A stretch of 64,000 bases of DNA, taken from an uncultured Pseudomonadota bacterium (GTDB lineage: Bacteria > Pseudomonadota > Alphaproteobacteria > RF32 > CAG-239). A program made the translations under genes and the position numbers. The notes below the pieces were generated by a model. It was given only the letters and a program-made list of their open reading frames with translations. It did not search any database and had not been told where the DNA came from. The stretch is from NCBI GenBank assembly GCA_949295995.1, contig CASFNK010000064.1:12627-76626 (forward strand). Reading direction: 5' to 3'. This document shows, one piece after another, positions 28,040 through 37,841 of the stretch (position 1 is the first letter of the stretch; the number at the start of each line of letters is the position of its first letter).

Positions 28040-29406
28040 TATTTCAGTTCCTCTAAAATCGTCTTGCAAAAGTCAGGTAGTGAGTTGTCTCTTGCGCCCA
28101 TGATAACAATGCGGTCATGAGGACGGGTATGGGAAAGAATAAATTGTTTAGCCTCATCACGGGTGGCGAAATAGTGGGCTTGTTTGCCCTGATTTTGAGC
28201 GTGTTTGATTAAATCAAGCGAAGAGATGTCTCTGGTTACGGTGCCTCCGGCAAAATAAATTTCGGGCATAAGCAGAATATCTTCATCGCTCATTTGGGCG
28301 CAAAATTCATCAATGATTTGTTTGCCCATCATACGCATGGGCGAAAAACCATGTGGTTGGAACATAAAAATCAGGCGTCCGGGATAGTTCTTAAGGGCGG
28401 AAACTGAGGCTTTGACTTTATCCGGATTGTGGGCAAAGTCATCTATTACCATAATGTCATTATGGGTGCCGATGACCTCTAAGCGGCGGTGGGTACCTAA
28501 AAATTCTTCCAAGGCTTTGGCGGCTTGCAATTTATCTACGCCCAAAAAAGAGCAGGCGGCAATGGCAGAAAGGGCATTGGCGACATTGAAATTGCCAATC
28601 AATTTTAGAGTAAAGGTTTGGTCGCAAAAACGATATTGTGTGCCATGCGGCAGAGCTTTGATATCAGAGGCGTAAAAATCAGCCGTCTTATCAGTGATTG
28701 AAAATTTGACAGTGCAAACATTCGGATTTTTTATATCTGCACAAGCCTGACAATCAGCATTGACAACAACACCTCCCTTTGCACGATTAGCAAAGTCGGA
28801 AAAGAGTTTTTGCAATTCGGGAATGGGTTTATGGTCAATGGAGATATTGTTGATTACGGACACAAAAGGATAATATTTTTCAATCGAGCCATCGCTTTCG
28901 TCGGCTTCAATAACACAAGTTTCTCCCGGATTGTAGATAATATTGGGAATTCCCGGACGGTCGGCATAGTTGAGCATTAAACCGCCGTCAATAACGCAGG
29001 GATTTAACCCTAATTTATCCAATATAAAGCCAATCATGGCAGTAACCGTGGTTTTGCCGCTGGTGCCGCCGACGGCTATGTTCTTGGGATAGTTATGAAA
29101 AATTTCTGCTAATAAGTCAGAACGTTTTTTGATGGGAATATTCTTTTCCAGTGCGGCTTTGACATCGGGAATCGTGTCTTCAACCGCGGTGGAAACGTAT
29201 AAAGTTTCAATGTCTGATGAAATGGCAGAACCATCTTGCGGATAAATTTTGATGCCTAAGTTTTCAAGGGCTTGTTTGTTTTCTTGGTCTTTTCCTTGGT
29301 CAAAACTTCTATCTGAACCTTGAACCTCATATCCAAGATGTAACAATACTTGAGCCAAAGCGCTCATCCCACTGCCCGAGATTCCGCAGAAACTTTTTTT
29401 AGTCAT
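28039..29406 (-). CDS. mpl: Mur ligase family protein, MurC/Mpl type (probably the murein-peptide recycling ligase Mpl)
   Basis: 455 aa. N-terminal Rossmann motif CGISGSGMSALAQ, ATP-binding GGTSGKTT, DESDGS. Translationally coupled to ldcA, which favours a recycling role. MurC versus Mpl cannot be settled by eye. Confidence 0.72.
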   Translation of the reverse strand: MTKKSFCGISGSGMSALAQVLLHLGYEVQGSDRSFDQGKDQENKQALENLGIKIYPQDGSAISSDIETLYVSTAVEDTIPDVKAALEKNIPIKKRSDLLAEIFHNYPKNIAVGGTSGKTTVTAMIGFILDKLGLNPCVIDGGLMLNYADRPGIPNIIYNPGETCVIEADESDGSIEKYYPFVSVINNISIDHKPIPELQKLFSDFANRAKGGVVVNADCQACADIKNPNVCTVKFSITDKTADFYASDIKALPHGTQYRFCDQTFTLKLIGNFNVANALSAIAACSFLGVDKLQAAKALEEFLGTHRRLEVIGTHNDIMVIDDFAHNPDKVKASVSALKNYPGRLIFMFQPHGFSPMRMMGKQIIDEFCAQMSDEDILLMPEIYFAGGTVTRDISSLDLIKHAQNQGKQAHYFATRDEAKQFILSHTRPHDRIVIMGARDNSLPDFCKTILEELK

Positions 29407-29424
29407 GTGTTTGTCCTTATCGTC

Positions 29425-30273
29425 TTAGAGTACGTCCAGAGCTTGTTGTTCTCTGGCTTTCATTATGGTTAGATTTTTGTATTCGATTGTGATATAGCTT
29501 TTGCCTTGCCCATCAACATTGACGCCTAATGCCGCACCGACTTGCCCGTTCTCAAAAGTAGCATATAAAAAGGCTTGACCGTTTTGGAGCTCTTGTAAAA
29601 AATTCGGGTTGCCGATGGCTTGTTCTTGTTGAACGGTTTCGGTTTTGCCGTCGCTTAAGGGTTTATCTACATTGATAACGTTAGGGGTATAGAATTGTTG
29701 GGCATTGCCATATTTCTCTTCCAGTAATTTGTAATATTGATTGTAAATCGCTAATACTTTTTCGGCTGAAGGAGTATCGTCTAAAAGGTTGCCGTAGGCA
29801 ATAATTCTCCACAACTCATTTTCTATGCCGAAAGTTAAAATGACTTCTCGAAATAATTTTATGTTTTTGGGTAAATGTGTGGCGGAAAAATTGTTAACAT
29901 AATCTTTTTGACCAACAGAGGTAAGCACGACACCTTCGTTTTTTACCTCATCATAACTGGCACCCCAATTTAGACCAAAAGGTGCAGGATTTTTTTCTGT
30001 GAGCGTTTTATTTGGGGATGCGTTTTTGCTTTGTCTGATTCTTTTTTGGTGAGAACGTAAAAGCGGGGATTCAACCTTGATTTCTTGAGGCTTAGAATTG
30101 AGTAACTGACTGGCAGAATCTTTGGCGGTTTCTGCATTTTCTTCGGTCTTGATTTCGTCAGATATCAGCATTGTGTCATAAAAATTTTCAGCCGTGCCTT
30201 GTGCTGAGAGTTTGTGTATGCCAATGCCTAAGAGAATGACGGTTAGTCCGATTATGCAAAATTTATTGTTCAT
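29425..30273 (-). CDS. Hypothetical secreted protein
   Basis: 282-aa ORF with an N-terminal signal-like sequence (MNNKFCIIGLTVILLGIGIHKLSAQG). No family recognised. Confidence 0.6.
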   Translation of the reverse strand: MNNKFCIIGLTVILLGIGIHKLSAQGTAENFYDTMLISDEIKTEENAETAKDSASQLLNSKPQEIKVESPLLRSHQKRIRQSKNASPNKTLTEKNPAPFGLNWGASYDEVKNEGVVLTSVGQKDYVNNFSATHLPKNIKLFREVILTFGIENELWRIIAYGNLLDDTPSAEKVLAIYNQYYKLLEEKYGNAQQFYTPNVINVDKPLSDGKTETVQQEQAIGNPNFLQELQNGQAFLYATFENGQVGAALGVNVDGQGKSYITIEYKNLTIMKAREQQALDVL

Positions 30274-30374
30274 GATTTTATCCTTGTTGATTTTTAAGAA
30301 AAAAATTGAACAGTGTTCATTTTTGTTCTAGTATAATGTTAATTTACAAATTTTAGGTTAATATAAAATATAAG

Positions 30375-30971
30375 ATGACATTTATAAAAGACAATATTCG
30401 CAAAACTCTTATCGCTAAAGGGCGTGAGCTGGTCAAACTCAAAGGGGCGGATTATTTAACCGCCAGAAAACTGGCCGAAGCATCGGAATATTCGGTCGGT
30501 ACGATTTATAATCAATTCGGAACCATGGATAATTTTGTGTTGGAGCAAAACAAACAAACCTTGGACGAATTGTTGCGCTTTATGCTCAAAACGCCTAAAG
30601 GCGAAAGCTCATACCAAATGCTGAACCGCTATTTGGATGCTTTCGTGAATTTTGTTTCGGCTAACCGAAATTTGTGGTTCTTGCTTTATAATTTTCACCT
30701 CCATGCCGAATATGGAAAACTCCCTAAACTTTATTTAAGAAAGTTGGTGATGGTTACCAAAGTTTGGGAAGGGGCATTTGATGATGTATATGGAAATTTG
30801 AAAGTTAAAGAACGCCAATTGGCAAGGCAAGTCTTGTGGCTGACTTTATTCTCTCTCAGCTCTTTTTTAACCACAAATGCTTTGGATAATTTCAGCCGAA
30901 TTAATAAGAAAAGTTTATGTAAACTTCTTTTGAATACTTATTTGGCCGGTTTGACCGTATTGAGGGCTTAG
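30375..30971 (+). CDS. TetR/AcrR family transcriptional regulator
   Basis: 198 aa. N-terminal HTH TARKLAEASEYSVGTIYNQFGTMDNF is typical of TetR regulators. Confidence 0.85.
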   Translation: MTFIKDNIRKTLIAKGRELVKLKGADYLTARKLAEASEYSVGTIYNQFGTMDNFVLEQNKQTLDELLRFMLKTPKGESSYQMLNRYLDAFVNFVSANRNLWFLLYNFHLHAEYGKLPKLYLRKLVMVTKVWEGAFDDVYGNLKVKERQLARQVLWLTLFSLSSFLTTNALDNFSRINKKSLCKLLLNTYLAGLTVLRA

Positions 30972-30974
30972 AAA

Positions 30975-31532
30975 ATGAATGTTTTGTGGCAAGCGCTTTA
31001 TAATGTTTATGCTTTTTTCAATAGTCCGGAATTTTTGCGGAGTTTTTTTGATAATCGCTTTTATCTGATTTTGTTGGTGATTATTTTAATGCGGGTGAAA
31101 TATGCGACTTATTCCAGTATGTGGATGAGCGCATTGGTTAATATTCCTGGGACTTTTTTGCACGAGCTGATGCATTATTTGGTGGGTTCCATTCTTAATG
31201 CCAGACCGGTGAATTTTACTATTTTTCCTAAGAGAAATTTGGACGGGGTCTATGTGATGGGAAGTGTCGGCTTTAGCAATATTACGTTTTATAATGCCGT
31301 ACCTTCGGCGATGGCTCCTTTGCTTTTGTTGCCGATTGCGTTTTATATTAATCGTTATGCTTTGCCAATGATGACACCGACGTTTTTTAATTATGTGTTA
31401 TATGTTTTGTTGCAAACTATCATTATTGAAAATGCCATACCGTCGGGTGCCGATTTTAGAGTGGCGGGAATGTATTTCAGAGGTTTGTTGCTCTATGCGG
31501 TGTTGGCAATAGCGTTATTGTTAATGTTGTAA
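30975..31532 (+). CDS. Membrane protein with HExxH motif (M50B-like, distant paralogue of 26484..27161)
   Basis: 185 aa, several TM helices, FLHELMHYLVG motif. Starts 4 nt after the TetR stop. Confidence 0.55.
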   Translation: MNVLWQALYNVYAFFNSPEFLRSFFDNRFYLILLVIILMRVKYATYSSMWMSALVNIPGTFLHELMHYLVGSILNARPVNFTIFPKRNLDGVYVMGSVGFSNITFYNAVPSAMAPLLLLPIAFYINRYALPMMTPTFFNYVLYVLLQTIIIENAIPSGADFRVAGMYFRGLLLYAVLAIALLLML

Positions 31533-31567
31533 AAAAATAAGGAGCTTTAAGCTCCTTATTTTTTTTA
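31532..31567. terminator. Bidirectional intrinsic terminator
   Basis: A7, palindrome AAGGAGC TTTAA GCTCCTT, T-run. Lies between convergent genes. Confidence 0.6.
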
Positions 31568-31568
31568 C

Positions 31569-32933
31569 TTAATTCTTTTCCAGCGAGCGGACGATTTCTT
31601 CGGTTACTTTCTTAGCATCACCATAGAGCATAACCGTATTAGGAGCATAGAACAGCGGATTGTCAACGCCCGAATAGCCAGTGGCTAACGAGCGTTTAAC
31701 AAAGAAGACGGTTTTGGCTTTTTCAACGTCTAAAATCGGCATTCCGAAAATCGGCGAATCGGGGTTGGTTTTGGCTTGCGGATTAGTTACATCGTTGGCC
31801 CCAATGACATAAGCAACGTCGGCTGTGGCAAATTCACGGTTAATGTCTTCCAATTCAAAAACATCATCATAGGGAACATTCGCTTCCGCTAACAAGACGT
31901 TCATGTGTCCAGGCATACGTCCGGCAACGGGGTGGATGGCAAATTTTACCTCGACATCGTATTTTTCTTTGAGGTCAACCGCCATTTCTTTTAAGATATG
32001 TTGAGCTTGAGCAACCGCCATGCCATAGCCCGGAACAATAATGACTTTATTAGCGTTTTCCATAATAAACGCCGCATCTTCGGGGGTACCGCTGTGAGCT
32101 ACTTTTTCTTCCTCATCGACTTGAGAGGTTTTGTTGTTAGCGATGCCAAATCCGCCGAGCATTACATTTTTAAGCGAGCGGTTCATGGCTTTGACCATAA
32201 TGTAAGACAGAATAGCACCGCTGGCACCGACAATCGAACCAATGATTATCAGCAAAACATTATTCAAGGCAAAGCCGATACCAACCGCCGCCCAACCGGA
32301 ATAAGCATTGAGAATCGAGATAACAACCGGCATATCGGCGCCGCCAATCGGCAAAACCAGAAGCAAACCTAAAACAATGCTCAGACCCGCTAAGATATAG
32401 AAAATGTCAGGATTGCCTTTGAGGATAAACAAGGTGGCTGCGGCAAGAACGCTTAAGGCTAACAAAAGATTTAAGAATTGTTGTCCGGGGAAAGTGATGG
32501 CTTTGGCCGGCATGAGCCCTTGGAGTTTGGCAAAGGCAATGAGTGAGCCTGAAAAAGCAACCGCGCCGATTAGCATACCAAGCGATGTTTCAAGGTAAGT
32601 TTGGGCGCCGGAGATGATTTCGGCTGCGGCAATAAAGACTGAGGAGAGCCCGCCCAAACCGTTGAAAGCGGCAATCATTTGCGGAAGTGCCGTCATCTTA
32701 ACCTTGAGGGCGGAAATGGTGCCGATGATACCTCCTAACATAATCATCAATAAAACCCATTTATATTCACTTACTAAAGGCGAATAAAGCGTGGTGAGAA
32801 TGGCTAAGGCCATGCCGATGATGCCCAAGATGTTGCCTTTGCGGGCGGTTTCGGGAGAAGACAGACCGCGGATGGATAAAATCAGCAAGATGGAGGCCAG
32901 CAAATAAGAAAAGGATAGATAAGAAATGCTCAT
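31569..32933 (-). CDS. pntB: NAD(P) transhydrogenase subunit beta
   Basis: 454 aa. N-terminal TM domain plus conserved dIII domain (VIIVPGYGMAVAQAQH.., HPVAGRMPGHMNVLLAEANVPYD, GANDVTNP). Confidence 0.95.
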   Translation of the reverse strand: MSISYLSFSYLLASILLILSIRGLSSPETARKGNILGIIGMALAILTTLYSPLVSEYKWVLLMIMLGGIIGTISALKVKMTALPQMIAAFNGLGGLSSVFIAAAEIISGAQTYLETSLGMLIGAVAFSGSLIAFAKLQGLMPAKAITFPGQQFLNLLLALSVLAAATLFILKGNPDIFYILAGLSIVLGLLLVLPIGGADMPVVISILNAYSGWAAVGIGFALNNVLLIIIGSIVGASGAILSYIMVKAMNRSLKNVMLGGFGIANNKTSQVDEEEKVAHSGTPEDAAFIMENANKVIIVPGYGMAVAQAQHILKEMAVDLKEKYDVEVKFAIHPVAGRMPGHMNVLLAEANVPYDDVFELEDINREFATADVAYVIGANDVTNPQAKTNPDSPIFGMPILDVEKAKTVFFVKRSLATGYSGVDNPLFYAPNTVMLYGDAKKVTEEIVRSLEKN

Positions 32934-33223
32934 TATTTTTTCTCCGCTTTTTTCTTCTTAAACATGAGTAACATACGGTGTGAAACGGCGAATCCGCCAA
33001 AAATATTGATTGCGGCTAAAAAGACGGCAATTAAGCCTAAAATTTTGGGAGTGTTCATTTCGGAAATGCCTGCCGTGATGAGTGCTCCGACAATCACAAT
33101 GCCGGAAATGGCATTGGAAACGCTCATAAGCGGAGAGTGAAGGGCAGGGGTTACACCCCAGACCACAAAGTAGCCGACAAAGCAAGCCAGAGTGAAAATA
33201 GTGAGTAGAGTCCAGATGTCCAT
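32933..33223 (-). CDS. pntAB: NAD(P) transhydrogenase subunit alpha part 2 (membrane part)
   Basis: ATG at 33223 ([42 protein letters not shown]..) is typical of PntAB. It starts 4 nt after the pntAA stop, and its stop overlaps the pntB start. The track start 33268 would overlap pntAA. Confidence 0.88.
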   Translation of the reverse strand: MDIWTLLTIFTLACFVGYFVVWGVTPALHSPLMSVSNAISGIVIVGALITAGISEMNTPKILGLIAVFLAAINIFGGFAVSHRMLLMFKKKKAEKK

Positions 33224-33227
33224 GATT

Positions 33228-34355
33228 TTATGCTCCGATAAATGCAGGGTGGATGACTTTTTTATCATGACAAAGACAGGTGGATTTTATCAGTTGGTCA
33301 TTAAAATCGGGTTTTAAGATTTTTTCGGCTTTGTCATAAAAAGTTTCAATAAAATTAAAAATGTTTTTGGCAAATAAGGGGCTGGCGGAAGCCGGTAACT
33401 TAGCCGCTAAATTGGAGTTACCGATAACGATGACATCGTTAATGATTTGGACGGCGTTGTTTTGAGAGCCTTCGACATTGCCACCGTGAGAGGTTGCCAT
33501 ATCAACAATAACGGAACCAGAAGGCATATTTTGCAACATCTCTTTGGTGATTAGTAGGGGTGCCGGACGTCCGGGGATAAGCGCGGTGGTGATGGCAAAG
33601 TTAGTCTTGGTTAATTGTTCGGCAACAGTAAGGTGTTGTTTTGCTTGGTAGTCTTTAGAGGTTTCTTTGGCATAGCCACCGGAGGTTTCAAAACTTTCAT
33701 CGGTTTTGATATCCAAAAATTTGGCACCCAAAGATTCAACTTGTTCTTTGACCTGAGGGCGAACATCCGAAGCATAGACAACCGCACCTAAGCGTTTGGC
33801 GGTGGCAATGGCTTGAAGTCCGGCAACTCCTGCACCCAAAATTAGAGCCTTAGCCGGAGCAATGGTGCCGGCGGCGGTCATCATCATCGGGGCGGCAGAA
33901 GGAAGATAATTCAAAGCCTCAAGTACGGCTTTGTATCCGGCTAAATTGCTTTGAGAGGAGAGAATATCCATACTTTGAGCACGTGAAATGCGAGGCATTA
34001 AATCCAGCGCGAAACAGGTTATTCCTTTGCTGGCAAAAGCGGGAATTTCGGTTTTGCGGTCATAGGCTTGGAAATTAGCAAAGATAAAACTCTTGTCTTC
34101 TATTGATGAGAGTTCTTTGTGGTCCGGAGCCCAGATTTTGAGGATAATTTGCGCACCCTTATAGGTGGAGGCTTGGTTGGGTGTGATTTGGGCACCGGCA
34201 TTTTGGTAATCTTTATCACTGAAGCCAGAGTCAAGTCCTGCACTTGTTTGGACTTGAACATCAAAGCCCAGTTGAATATATTTTTTGATGATATCAGGGG
34301 TGGCGGCGACGCGGGTTTCGCCTTCACGGGTTTCTTTGGGAATCGCTATCAGCAT
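33228..34355 (-). CDS. pntAA: NAD(P) transhydrogenase subunit alpha part 1 (dI, alanine-dehydrogenase-like)
   Basis: 375 aa; [21 protein letters not shown].., NAD-binding [21 protein letters not shown]. Confidence 0.94.
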   Translation of the reverse strand: MLIAIPKETREGETRVAATPDIIKKYIQLGFDVQVQTSAGLDSGFSDKDYQNAGAQITPNQASTYKGAQIILKIWAPDHKELSSIEDKSFIFANFQAYDRKTEIPAFASKGITCFALDLMPRISRAQSMDILSSQSNLAGYKAVLEALNYLPSAAPMMMTAAGTIAPAKALILGAGVAGLQAIATAKRLGAVVYASDVRPQVKEQVESLGAKFLDIKTDESFETSGGYAKETSKDYQAKQHLTVAEQLTKTNFAITTALIPGRPAPLLITKEMLQNMPSGSVIVDMATSHGGNVEGSQNNAVQIINDVIVIGNSNLAAKLPASASPLFAKNIFNFIETFYDKAEKILKPDFNDQLIKSTCLCHDKKVIHPAFIGA

Positions 34356-34444
34356 GGGTTATCCTCTATTGGCATTTTTTAGCTTTTGTTACTTCCAATA
34401 ATATAGTAACTTTAGCTCGTTTTAACAACGGATTTTTTTGTGAT

Positions 34445-34984
34445 ATGAAAATACTTTTGGAGCTCTTTATAACGTTTTTTAAAATCGGCTTGTTTACCTT
34501 TGGCGGCGGATATGCCATGATACCTCTATTACAAGCCGAACTGGTTACAAAAAAGCATTGGACCGATGATAAAGAATTGATGGATTATTACTGTATCGGG
34601 CAATCAACGCCGGGAATTATCTCGGTGAATGTGGCGACTTTTATCGGTTATAAAATGAAACGAGGTATCGGGGCAATTGTAGCGACTCTCGGAATTATTA
34701 CGCCGTCGCTTATTATCATTATGGCTTTGGCGCATATTTTGAGCTTGTATATGCAAAATGAATATGTGGCTTCGGCTTTTGCCGGTGTGCGAATCGTCGT
34801 TGTGGCATTGATTGCCGAAGCAGTGTTTAAACTCTGGAAAACAGCTATTATCGGTAAGTTCGGTTTGGGTGTGTTTGGGGTCTCTTTAGCTTGTTTGCTT
34901 ATCTTTAATCTTTCACCGATTTTATTGGTGTTGGTGTCTGGCGTGCTCGGTTTGGCTCTTTATTGGCGGAGCAGAAAAAAATGA
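34445..34984 (+). CDS. Chromate transporter (CHR) family protein, first half-size subunit
   Basis: 179-aa membrane protein; FFKIGLFTFGGGYAMIPLLQ is the CHR signature. Confidence 0.85.
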   Translation: MKILLELFITFFKIGLFTFGGGYAMIPLLQAELVTKKHWTDDKELMDYYCIGQSTPGIISVNVATFIGYKMKRGIGAIVATLGIITPSLIIIMALAHILSLYMQNEYVASAFAGVRIVVVALIAEAVFKLWKTAIIGKFGLGVFGVSLACLLIFNLSPILLVLVSGVLGLALYWRSRKK

Positions 34985-35499
34985 TTTATATTTTGTTGTT
35001 TTATGAGTTTTTTAAAATCGGTTTGTTTGCCATTGGCGGTGGTTTGGTAACAGTTCCGTTTTTGTTTGATTTGACGACGCGTTATGATTGGTTCACGACG
35101 CAAAATTTGGCGGATATGATTGCTGTGTCCGAATCCACTCCCGGACCTTTGGGCGTGAATATGGCGACTTATGTCGGCTATACCACAGCCGGATTTTGGG
35201 GCTCGATTGCGGCGACTTTGGGTTTGGTTTCGCCTTCGGTTATAATCATTGTAATCATTGCCAAATTGCTTAGAAAATTTGGGCAAGCGAAAAGTGTGCA
35301 AAATGTGTTGAGCGGTGTACGTCCTGCGGTGTTGGCTTTGATTTTGTGTGCGGGAATCTCAATTGGAAAAATGGCGGTGATGAATTGGACTTGCGCGATA
35401 ATCGGTATTATATTTATGATAATGGTGCATTATGTGAAGTTGCACCCAATAGCCTATATTTGCCTTGGTGCAGTTGTGGGAATTGTTTTGAAGCTCTAG
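34981..35499 (+). CDS. Chromate transporter (CHR) family protein, second half-size subunit
   Basis: ATG 34981 overlaps the upstream TGA (ATGA). FFKIGLFAIGGGLVTVPFL is the CHR signature. Confidence 0.85.
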   Translation: MIYILLFYEFFKIGLFAIGGGLVTVPFLFDLTTRYDWFTTQNLADMIAVSESTPGPLGVNMATYVGYTTAGFWGSIAATLGLVSPSVIIIVIIAKLLRKFGQAKSVQNVLSGVRPAVLALILCAGISIGKMAVMNWTCAIIGIIFMIMVHYVKLHPIAYICLGAVVGIVLKL

Positions 35500-35540
35500 T
35501 AATCAAAAAGCTCCTTTGCAGGAGCTTTTTTTAGAAATTA

Positions 35541-35783
35541 CTACATATCCAAGGCTTTGCGGTAGGTGTCGAGCAGAATTTCTTGTTCATCGCGGTCGGC
35601 GGCATTCATCTTGCGCAATTTGATGATGGTGCGCATAATCTTTACATCGAATCCTGCTCCTTTGGCTTCGGCATAGATATCTCTGATATCTGAGGCGATG
35701 CCTGCTTTCTCTTCTTCAAGGCGCTCAATTCTTTCAATCAATGAACGTAATCTATCAACAGCAATTCCGCCAACTTCAGTCAT
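35541..35783 (-). CDS. gapR: GapR / DUF2312 family nucleoid-associated protein
   Basis: ATG 35783 after AAGGAGA gives an 80-aa protein. LRSLIERIERLEEEKAGIASDIRDIYAEAKGAGFDVKIMRTIIKLRK closely resembles Caulobacter GapR. The family is characteristic of Alphaproteobacteria. Confidence 0.85.
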   Translation of the reverse strand: MTEVGGIAVDRLRSLIERIERLEEEKAGIASDIRDIYAEAKGAGFDVKIMRTIIKLRKMNAADRDEQEILLDTYRKALDM

Positions 35784-35958
35784 TTTCTTTCTCCTTAATT
35801 GTAGATTAAAATTTAGCGTATTGGTGCTGACTTTAACAAAGACTACATATTTTGACAAGAAATAAATTTGTTTGACAACTTTATTAAATAAATAGCTTGT
35901 TAATATATTTTTTGCTATATTACCCCCAAATTATGGTTTAACAATAAGGACACAAAAT

Positions 35959-37389
35959 ATGCCACAAAAAACTCGTACTAAAATTTTAGCTACTATCGGA
36001 CCGTCTTCCGCATCAAAAGAAAGAATCGAACAACTCATTGATGCCGGTGCCGATGCTTTCCGTTTTAATTTTAGTCATGGTACTCATGATGAACATAAGG
36101 AACGTTATAATACAGTGCGGAAATTGGCTAAAGATAAAAATCTTCATATTACAATTGTGGCAGATATGCAGGGTCCAAAACTGCGTGTCGGTGAATTTAA
36201 AAATGGTAAAATAGAACTCAAAAACGGGCAAAAATTTACGCTCGATTTGAATTCAACTTTGGGAGATGAAACCAGAGTAAATCTGCCGCATAAGGAAATT
36301 TTCCAAGCACTTCGTCCCGGTGAAGATTTGTTGCTCAATGACGGAAATATTCGTCTGCGTGTCGATGAATGTGATGCAAAGCATGCTGTTACAACCGTTA
36401 TGGTCGGCGGACCGCTTTCAAGCCATAAGGGGGTTAATTTGCCTAATGTCAAATTGCCGATTTCCGCCATTACCAAAAAAGACCGTGAGGATATTGAATT
36501 TGCTTTGAAACTCGGCGTTGATTGGATTAGCTTATCCTTTGTTCAACAAGCCGAAGATGTGCGTGAAGCTCGCAAAATTATCGGTGATAAGGCGTGGATT
36601 ATTTCAAAACTTGAAAAACCAAGTGCTATTGATGAATTAGATGAAATTATTCAACTCTCTGATGCCATTATGGTGGCTCGTGGCGATTTGGGTGTGGAAT
36701 GCCCAATACAAACCGTTCCGGTTTTGCAAAAGAGAATCGTGTCCGCCTGCAGAACATATGGTCGTCCGGTGATTATTGCAACCCAGATGTTGGAATCGAT
36801 GATTAAGGCTCCGACTCCTACTCGTGCTGAAGTTTCTGATGTGGCTACCGCAGTTTATGACGGGGCTGATACCGTTATGTTGTCGGCTGAAACCGCTGCC
36901 GGTGATTATCCGGTTGAGGCTGTTACCATGATGAAAAATATTATCTCTCAAGTGGAAAATGACCCGCTGTTTTATTCCTTGATGCAATCTTCTCGCAAAG
37001 TTCCTTGTTGCGTGGGAGAGGCAGATTCAATTACATACGCAGCCAGTGATATTGCAGCATCTCTCAAAAACGTGGCTGCAATCGTTACTTATACCTCTTC
37101 CGGTTTAACGACTTTCTTGACCGCAAGAGAAAGACCAAATCTGCCGATTTTGGCAATTACTCCTGATTTGGAGGTTGCACGTAGAATGGGTATTGTTTGG
37201 GGTGCAAAGAGTTTTGTAAATAAAGCCAGTTTTAAGAGCTTTGATAAAATTGAAGATATTGCCGTTAAAATTGCAGTGGAAAATGGTTTTGCAAAGCCCG
37301 GACAACATATCATTATTACAGCCGGTTTCCCCTTGGGCAAAAAGGGACGTACCAATATGTTGCATACGGTCTATATTCCCGAAAAATAA
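35959..37389 (+). CDS. pyk: Pyruvate kinase
   Basis: 476 aa; KTRTKILATIGPSS, MVARGDLGVE, ATQMLESM, and MLSAETAAGDYP motifs. Confidence 0.96.
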   Translation: MPQKTRTKILATIGPSSASKERIEQLIDAGADAFRFNFSHGTHDEHKERYNTVRKLAKDKNLHITIVADMQGPKLRVGEFKNGKIELKNGQKFTLDLNSTLGDETRVNLPHKEIFQALRPGEDLLLNDGNIRLRVDECDAKHAVTTVMVGGPLSSHKGVNLPNVKLPISAITKKDREDIEFALKLGVDWISLSFVQQAEDVREARKIIGDKAWIISKLEKPSAIDELDEIIQLSDAIMVARGDLGVECPIQTVPVLQKRIVSACRTYGRPVIIATQMLESMIKAPTPTRAEVSDVATAVYDGADTVMLSAETAAGDYPVEAVTMMKNIISQVENDPLFYSLMQSSRKVPCCVGEADSITYAASDIAASLKNVAAIVTYTSSGLTTFLTARERPNLPILAITPDLEVARRMGIVWGAKSFVNKASFKSFDKIEDIAVKIAVENGFAKPGQHIIITAGFPLGKKGRTNMLHTVYIPEK

Positions 37390-37393
37390 TACA

Positions 37394-37421
37394 AAAAAAG
37401 CCTCTCGAAAGAGAGGCTTTT
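37394..37421 (+). terminator. Rho-independent terminator after pyk
   Basis: A-run, stem AAGCCTCTC / GAGAGGCTT, GAAA loop, short T-run. Confidence 0.6.
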
Positions 37422-37505
37422 AGATTAAAGGTGTGGGAGCTCAAAATAGCCTACAAGAAACTACCCGCCTATTCAATATATTCGGACGGACTCCCACTTC
37501 GTATA

Positions 37506-37538
37506 ACAAAAAACCCGCTTGAAGACTGCGGGTTTTTT
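37506..37538. terminator. Bidirectional intrinsic terminator (serves rpmJ on the minus strand)
   Basis: A6, stem AACCCGC / GCGGGTT, T6. Confidence 0.65.
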
Positions 37539-37564
37539 AATAACTATTTATCAAATATGTCAAA

Positions 37565-37690
37565 TTAACCTTGGCGAGCTTTGAGCTTCGGGTTCTTTTT
37601 GTTGATGACATATACGCGGCCTTTGCGGCGAACGATTTTGCAATCCTTATCGCGTACTTTTTTTGATTTTAAAGAACTGTAAACTTTCAT
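37565..37690 (-). CDS. rpmJ: 50S ribosomal protein L36 (bL36), C-minus type
   Basis: Absent from the ORF track because it is under 60 aa. The reverse strand reads ATG..TAA = [41 protein letters not shown] (41 aa), matching the bL36 consensus. GGAAAG RBS and terminator downstream. Confidence 0.9.
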   Translation of the reverse strand: MKVYSSLKSKKVRDKDCKIVRRKGRVYVINKKNPKLKARQG

Positions 37691-37789
37691 TTTTCTTTCC
37701 TTATGCGATATGTTTGCCCGCAACATATTCTAAAACTTAAACTTTGTCAACTCTAATTTTAGAAACTTGGTAAAAAAGTGAGTCTTTAT

Positions 37790-37817
37790 TTGCTTTTTGA
37801 GGAATTTTTTCTATAAT
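37790..37817 (+). promoter_or_regulatory. Candidate sigma-70 promoter for 37842..38537
   Basis: TTGCTT (37790-37795), 16-nt spacer, TATAAT (37812-37817), about 25 nt upstream of the ATG. Confidence 0.45.
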
Positions 37818-37841
37818 CGGGATAGTATTTTAAGGTGAAAG

